A DNA stretch of 57,767 bases from positions 1 to 57,767 of the forward strand of contig CAXGUD010000023.1 in NCBI GenBank assembly GCA_964012805.1, given 5' to 3'. The notes beneath the pieces were generated by a model. It had not been told where the DNA came from, ran no database searches, and was given only the letters and a program-made list of their open reading frames with translations. The position numbers and the translations under genes are program-made. Source of the DNA: an uncultured Bacteriovoracaceae bacterium (GTDB taxonomy: Bacteria > Bdellovibrionota > Bacteriovoracia > Bacteriovoracales > Bacteriovoracaceae). Numbering within the stretch: the stretch's first letter is position 1; the number at the start of each line of letters is the position of its first letter. Below, in pieces: positions 18,996-26,300 of the stretch.

Positions 18996-19864
18996 ATGAA
19001 AAAAGCTTTTCGATGGTATTGCCACCAAAGAAAAAACCACTCTCCAAACTCAGAAATCTGGGATTTACGATTAAACGAATTCTCTCGACTCCCCCAAATA
19101 AAGAGGTAATTTCAAAACGGGACCTATCAACTATCCCCCGTCAAAAGAATCCAAATAAACCGCCAAAGAAAAGGCCTATGGAGCTCTAAAGACTCTCTTG
19201 TCCTAAAGGAAACCGCCCTCGCTTTGGAAAAAAAGCTCTCCCCCTCACCTTTCACCAAGGTGCTCCCATTTAAAAGGGAAAGGCGGACTTAAAGAAGCCC
19301 TCAAATTTGTCCTCAATACAAAAAACAATTTTTTTATGAAAAGTGACGTCAAAAGCTACTACGCTTCTATTGACCATCATGTCCTTTTTAATCAGTTTTC
19401 AGACCTTGTAGATGATAAATACCTCCAAAGAATTGTCTGGCAGTATCTTAAAAGGACAGAGGATATAAACGGTCATTATATCTCAATAGAAAAAGGTATT
19501 TCCCTGAGCTGCCCCCAGCAGGTTGAAACTTAAAAAAGCAGTAAGGATAGAGAATCAGGTTTTAGAGGAGCTAAAAGTAGAAAAGCATCCGGATAAAACC
19601 TTTATTGGAAAAACGGAAAAGGGGTTTACCTTTTTGGGTAATTTTATAAAACCCCAAAAAGATGATCCAAGTATAAAAAATACAGAAATAGAAAATATAG
19701 AAATAAACAACAAAATATGAATAAGCAAAACAGGAGTAAATTATTATAAATTAGGACCAGGCTTTTTGACCTTTAAAAGGCATCGAGAGAAACTCAACCG
19801 GCTTTATGAGCGAAGCGGACCAAAAGCCGCTGGTAAGTACCTCAAAAGATGGAAGGGCTGGTAG
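18996..19864 (+). pseudogene. Degenerate reverse transcriptase (group II intron-like / unclassified type)
   Basis: Reconstructed MKKAFRWYCHQRKNHSPNSEIWDLR..*..GTYQLSP..LWSSKDSLVLK /frameshift near 19228-19245/ CSHLKGKGGLK..KSDVKSYYASIDH..KGISLSCP /deletion at 19512-19516/ RLKLKKAVR..KHPDKTFIGKTEKGFTFLG..*..RLYE..GKYLKRWKGW*; stops at 19107 and 19718; YxDD absent. Confidence 0.85.
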
Positions 19865-19868
19865 TTGA

Positions 19869-20192
19869 CTAAATGACATGCGAAGTGATGGAAGTGTCGA
19901 CGGTAGTTCCAGCGGTATTTACTAAGGTAGTGGTATCGGTATTTCTGGTTGGAGAGGCAAGGCCGGTTACTGCTTTAAAAATGGATTTAAGGGTGGAGCT
20001 AAGGTTGTCTATGATGAGCCAAAGAGGCGTAAAGTTAGGATGAAAGTTCGTAAAAAGGGTAAGAGGGACGAGGTTAGAGAGGTTGTGAAGACAATTGAGG
20101 GTGGCAAAGTAAGAGAGGCCGGGAGTGTCAACAAGGTTGTTATTGAGATTATTGGGGTGCCTGGTAAGTCTAATAAAAATGCGGTCACAAAG
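19869..20192 (-). repeat. Candidate template-repeat-like diverged copy of the RHS C-terminal coding region
   Basis: Stop-free minus-strand frame; ungapped alignment of 19893-20192 to 20457-20756 at offset 564 (hand count 103/300 nt; 36/78 in the best block). Confidence 0.5.
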
Positions 20193-20198
20193 GAAACT

Positions 20199-20228
20199 AA
20201 AGCGGGACTTCTATTGAAATCCCGCTTT
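20199..20228. terminator. GC-rich hairpin between the RHS stop and the repeat/RT unit
   Basis: AAAGCGGGA-N12-TCCCGCTTT. Confidence 0.7.
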
Positions 20229-20306
20229 GGTACATAAGATAATATATGAAATTGATAACCGTTTTCAAATCCTCGGTGTGTTACATCCTCTCCATCGATC
20301 TAAACT

Positions 20307-23300
20307 TCAGTGTCCGCACGTTTTGTCTAAAGGATCACATCCTGTTCCTCCCCAGTCTGCTGCCCCATAAGGATTTGAGGCACCGAAGATGAATCTGTTT
20401 ATAGATCTCGGTAATCTCGAGCCTTTTATATAGCTTAAATTACTTCGAACAGATTCGCTGTCGGCAAACATCACATTTTCATACACCAACGCATCTAATT
20501 GATCAGCGACCCCCCCAAGGTTACCTTTCAAAATTTGTTCAAATAAGTTTTGACCATGTAAAGCCCCATAGACATAGACTTGCGCATTACTGACGTGTGC
20601 ACATCCATCTTCATGTGGACTCGTAACGCAACCTCTGTAAACTTCATTATTCATTGCATCAAGGCTACCTAAATACGTTAAAGCCTGCGCTCCACCAATC
20701 CCTTTCTGAACATTACTAAATTGAGATGCTACCGCGACTGAATCCCACTCAGTAGGTATAAAGTTCCCTGGTTTCATATTATCTTTTAGGTAAGCGGCAA
20801 CATCGTCTCCGTATGTCCCTTTCACGTCTGCTATGAAGTCATCCAATTGTGATGTGGTCAGTGCCCCTTCATCAAACATATTGGGTGAAATCATCAGGTC
20901 TTTGTCCATGCCTGATGCTTTTATTGACGTTATACCTTTGCTATCGGTTCTGACGATGACTTTATTCCCACTACTGGTCATTGGCGTGTCGTAACTTCGG
21001 ACGCTCATATCACGTCTTGCGGACGCGAAGTTAAGGTCATCCATTCCAACTTTTGCACTTCGGGAGTTCGCCATCTGGGCAATTTCTTCATAAACTCCTT
21101 CTCTTTGCTTAACGAGATCCGCCAGGGTTTCACTTGTCCCATGCTTACCTCCAGCAGCTGCTGCCGCGGCTTCAGCTCCTTCAATGGCCTCATCAAGCTG
21201 AGTAAGCTTCATGTCCATGACGAGGTCATCGGCCCCCATAGTGGCACCCTTCGTCCCAACTTTAGAACCAACGAGGGCCTGTCTTTTGGCCGCTTCAGCG
21301 TGACCTTTCCAGTTACCAGGGTTATCCAACCAGTCTTTTAGCCATTTTGGATCATCGAATTTACTAACCTGCTTATTCACCCACCCCATCATATCATCGA
21401 TCTTATCAGTCGCTTTTCTAGCAACACTGAAAATTGTTGAACTAGTCGCTCGGCAAACTCTACCAATTTTAGAACCCACCGTGCCGGCAACCTTCTTCGC
21501 CGTTGTCCAGCCTCCTGCTGCTCGAGTTCCCATGATGGCATCATCAACCTTACCAAACATTTTTCCAGTTGCCGTTCCTATTTTTTTCATAAGGCTAGAT
21601 GCTCTACCTGTAGCACCTTTACCAAAACTATTCAGAGTCTTTACTGTTTTCTTCATCAACGGTTTAACAACAGACCCCGCCACGGCCCCCGCCACCGCGA
21701 ATCCGGCACCCATGGCAAACCCCATGGCGGCGGCATTACCGACTTTCTTCCAGTCAAACGCCCGTCCGTTGACGGCGGCGTTCCCCGCCTGGGTGATCAT
21801 ACTCGCGACCGCGGCTTCTGCGGCCCCAATGGTCCCCAGGACCACTGCTTGGAGGGCGAGCGCTTTAAGCCCGGCGGCCGACGTCACACCGGCGGTCCCC
21901 CCTGCTGCGGCGGCGACACCCGGACAGGCGGTCGCACAGGCGGCGGCCAGTGCTGGGAGAGCAAAGGCAGCTGCGGCGGCAAAGACGGCACCCGCTATAC
22001 CACCTAAGATGGCGTAACCCCACGTCTTTCCATCCCACTCCCAGAACTTCCACGTTCCGGAAATGGCGTAACCTGTGGTCATTAAGGCAATGATTGCAAA
22101 TATAACGATACAAGCGATCGTAAACGGTTCTTCCCCTGTCGGGTCAGAGTTTGAAATTGGATCACTTGAATACCGGTACGGTGAATGAAACACCGAGAGC
22201 GGGTCAGGAGAGAGGAAGCGCCTGGCATCCCTATCGTAGATCCTTGCCCCCATCACCGAAAGTCCGGAGTCTTTTCCTCTTTCACGAACGTGCTCTGCTT
22301 TGGCCCATTTGTTAGGGAAGTTGTCTCGACCAAAAGAGGAATATCCTTGGGTCAGCATCTGCCCGTAGGAATCGTAGGCGGTACTTGAGGTGATTTTCCC
22401 GTCACCATCAGTCACCACGGCGACGTTCCCTAAGTGGTCCGTATGGAAAAACTGTTTGCCTAGTTCGTATTCACCGGTTCCCTGGAGCCCGGCCCTTAGT
22501 GGAAGGGCGTGGACTGGAAGCGCGGTGGTGACCATAAAGACCGTTACAAGCATCGGGTAATGCCACCATTTCACTTTGCCTACGGCCCTTTTCCTAAAGA
22601 TGTTCACAATCATAGAAAGAAGAAGCCCAAAGCTAAAGAGGAGGCAAACTGCTTGCATCATCTCTCTTTCAAAATTAGGCCGAGTGAGAAGAGCGCTTAC
22701 TTTGTGGTAACCGTATTTAAAAAGACCCATTAAACTTGTTGGATCAAACATCCCCGCCATATACTGATGGGTCGTGTGGTTTACTTTTCTGTCAAAGGCG
22801 GCAGTTGTGTTACTCACATTAGCTGTGTAAGTGTGAACATGTTTCCCCATGAGTGAAACACTCACAGAGTAGTTGATTGTACCAACCGCTGTTTTTCTTA
22901 TTTGAACGCCTGGACCGACATTGAGCTTAATTTCGCCGTTAGGCTTAATCATTTTCGTCACACCACCAGCGGCGTTTCTTACAAAAATGGTTTTTCCTTC
23001 AGGCCCATCAATTTCAATGACTCTATTAAATTGAGACTCGTATCTAAATTTCCAAGTTTTAACAACGGATGATGCATTGGATGTACAGCCACCGGCATCT
23101 TCAGAAGTCATCCTACAGTCATTGAAGCTTAACTCAAAATAAGAGTAGAGGTCGTTTTGAGCGCCACCAACCCATGGGCTGTCACTCATGTGCCACCAAC
23201 ATCCTCCACCAGCACCAACATCTCGGCATACTTTAAGGGTGGCCCCCGCTGGAATTTTAAAAGAGCTTATATCATCGTTCCATTGACTAAGAGGTAACGG

Positions 23301-26300
23301 AGTGGAGCCCGGACAGAATTTGTATTCTTTCCCCTGATAATTACCATGCTGGTAAAACCTAACACATTGATTAGATTTTCCAAGGGAACCTTTACTATCA
23401 ATTACAGTTTTTGTGATCACACGCCCTGCTTTATCGTAGGTGTACCTGGCGCCGTTACTGGTTGAATTAAGGCGGCTTGAGCCACTTCCAGAATGGTTGT
23501 AGCTAACAGCATCGCTTCCACCAACACGAGTTAAGTTTGAGTTTTGGTCATAGCTAAAAGTTTGGTTATGACCGACATTGGTGTTGGTTCTTGTGAGGCG
23601 ACCCATATTATCGTAAGAATAGTTTGTGTTGAGTTTTGTAATTCCAGCTTCTCCACCGATTCCTTGATTCGCTAATGTTTGAGATGTGTTTCTCTCTACA
23701 CTTACAAGCTTCCCAATACTGTCATCAAAAGTTGAGGTTTCACTGTGGCATTCTCTTCCACCGGATCCACCGATCCATTCGCCATCATCACTAAAGCCTT
23801 TACCGTTTCCACACTGAACTTTTAACCCCGTATTTTTTCCGTACTTATCATAACTCGCTTTTGCCAGGTCTCCGTTAGCGTAGCGGAGGACTTTTGATTG
23901 CCCTAAGGCATCAAAGTTTCTCGCTTCGGCGATGACTTTTCCGTTTAAGAAAACCTTCCTCTTAACCCCCTTATAAACGTCCGCCATGTAGAGCCTATCC
24001 CCAGTTGGGAGGATGCTGTGCCCTTCCGCGCTTGAAGCTGAGACGTAGGATTTTCCGTCAATGGTTTGAACTGTGTGGACAACGTCACCTGCTAGGTTAT
24101 AAGTCATCGCCTCTGAGTTTCCATAACCGTCAATGACAACCCCTGGGGCCCCCATTTTGTTATAGATATAAGTCGTGGCGAGACCGTCAGAGTTCCAAAT
24201 AGTTGAAGGGCGCCCTAGCTTATCAAAGGCAAACCTTGTCACTTCGCCATTACCGTTTACTTTTGCAATCACTTTCCCTAGTTTATTATAAGTAAAGTAC
24301 TCACACCCAAGGTCTCCCTTACACTGCTTTTTCGTGTTTCCAAGAGAGTCGTATTCTTTGGTGACAACCCCTCCTATGGGGTCTTCCATTTTAGTTAAAA
24401 GCCCGTGGGCGTTGTAGTAAGAATTGACTCTGGCACCATTAGGAAGCTCTTTCCAAATTTGTTTTCCTTCGATGGATTTTTGAATCGTGATTTGAGATTC
24501 ACCACTGCCACTTGGGCTTGGGAAAAACTTTCTTATCTGGAGTCCACCAGGACCGTGGTATTCGTACCTTGTTTCGTGGATGTTATTTCCATTATCCATC
24601 TGGGAAACCGTCGCCACATTGTCAGTGGCATTTAAGTACGTGAACTCTTGATAGATGCCCGCTTTGCCACTTCCTCCTCGCTTATTAGACCAAGGCATGT
24701 ACTTACGGATGACATTCCCCATCTCATTAAATTCATTTCTAAACACCCTTATTTCATCATCAGTATTTAGACCGTGTTTTTCTGAGCGGATAATTTGCCC
24801 GAAGGTATCAGAGTATTCATGGGCAAAGGTAAAGTTACCGTTAGTGGAACCTCTAATAGTCCAAAAATTATTAGTGTCCATATAGTCACCGCAAATTTTA
24901 AAGGTGCTACACCACTCTTTATCAGCTCCATCAGGACGCCCAAAGCTCATCATGGCAAAGGTTCCAAGCGTATGAGTGTCTTCTGGCGGCTTTAAATAAC
25001 GGATTTGTCTTATAAGATCCACCTGAGCTTCAACGCCTGGGTTTTGAGAAAAGACCCGGATGGAGCGCCCGAAGGCATCGTATTCAGTCGCTGAATGAAT
25101 CCATTGATTTTCAGGGATGCCCTCAACACCTTTTTTAATAGTCGCTACTTCCCCTCTTCGGGTGTAGGTGGTCTTTTGGGTGACGATCGGCATGTCGCTT
25201 GCCTTGCCGGCCCCTATTGTTTTGTTGGTTGCTTGAACCCAGGTTTTTCTTTGCCTGTGGTGGCGGTCAAAATCACCGTAATGCCTTTCAAGCCCTGACG
25301 GGTCGATACTTTTTGTAAGGCGCCCATAACTGTCGTAGAAAAAGTCGGTATATTGCCTGACTGTGCCTTGTCCGGGGGCGGCCTCACCAGAGCCAGAGTA
25401 CTTTCTATAAATCCGCCCTTTAGAGTCATAGTCCATTTTGGTATAGATATCGTTAACACCAACACCACCACCACATTGGGCATTTTTACCCGGTCTCACA
25501 ATTTCTTTAACGGGCTTTTCAAAACCCCTGTATTTATCTTTTAGATACCAATAGCACTTTGTTATATCCCCATGGTTATGTTGAGAAGCATTGTAAAAGT
25601 CGTGCCTCTCTTTTATTAAAAGCCCATTACCGTCGTACTCGTTGTACTTAACCGCCATGGTTTCAAAGCCATAGCCGTTCGGGTTATCCCGCATGATGGT
25701 TGTTTTCGTAAGCTTCATGTCATCGATGCCCGCTATCCTATTTCCAACATTGGCGTATTCGAATTTTTGATAGCCTGTGTAGGCGCCATTTTTATTCAGG
25801 GTGATTTTTTCATAAGGCATCAGGAACATATTGGTTCCGTGACCACTTTGATGAAAGGTCAGCCAGACACTTGACCAGTCAAAACCTCCTCCTTTTGTCC
25901 TATTAACTCTAAGGCGGCTTTTGTGAGTTGAAAAACCAGCTCCACCATTTCTATCAGCTGCGGCTATATAGTCTTCATAATAGTATTGAACTAATCGATC
26001 GTGGCTTCTGTTTTCATGACCTGAAATAGATCGGTCCCTAATGACCGTTGTCTTAACAATCGGTGAAGCACTTTTTTGTCTTATAAGAGGGTATCTTTTG
26101 TGAGAATTTTCCTTATACCGATCGTTTGCAATAAGACCATGGTCAGGGTGATTGATGGTCCCGTAGGTAATCTCTATCCCTTCTTTTCTTTCTTTATTCC
26201 AATTCTGACCAGCGTTGATTGCATGCCCGTCATAAACCTTGACAAGAACATCTGGCCTAATTCCTCTTTTAGCATCACAAGATTTATTAAGCCTAACTTC

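Noticed and set aside
18996..19864. Group II intron or retron
   Set aside because: I could not identify a domain V/VI structure, a GUGYG 5' end, a retron VTG motif or msr/msd inverted repeats by eye. Not formally excluded.
20040..20237. + strand 65-aa ORF as a real gene, and its spot matches to RHS-internal VIEIDGPEGK and FDDPKW
   Set aside because: Low-complexity K/V/G/E content follows from the purine skew, the ORF runs through the hairpin, and the matches are short and not collinear.
19893..20756. Canonical adenine-mutagenic DGR
   Set aside because: Identity is far below typical TR/VR pairs, mismatches are not confined to adenines on either strand, no avd-like gene is seen and the RT is convergent. 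Kept only as a non-canonical candidate.
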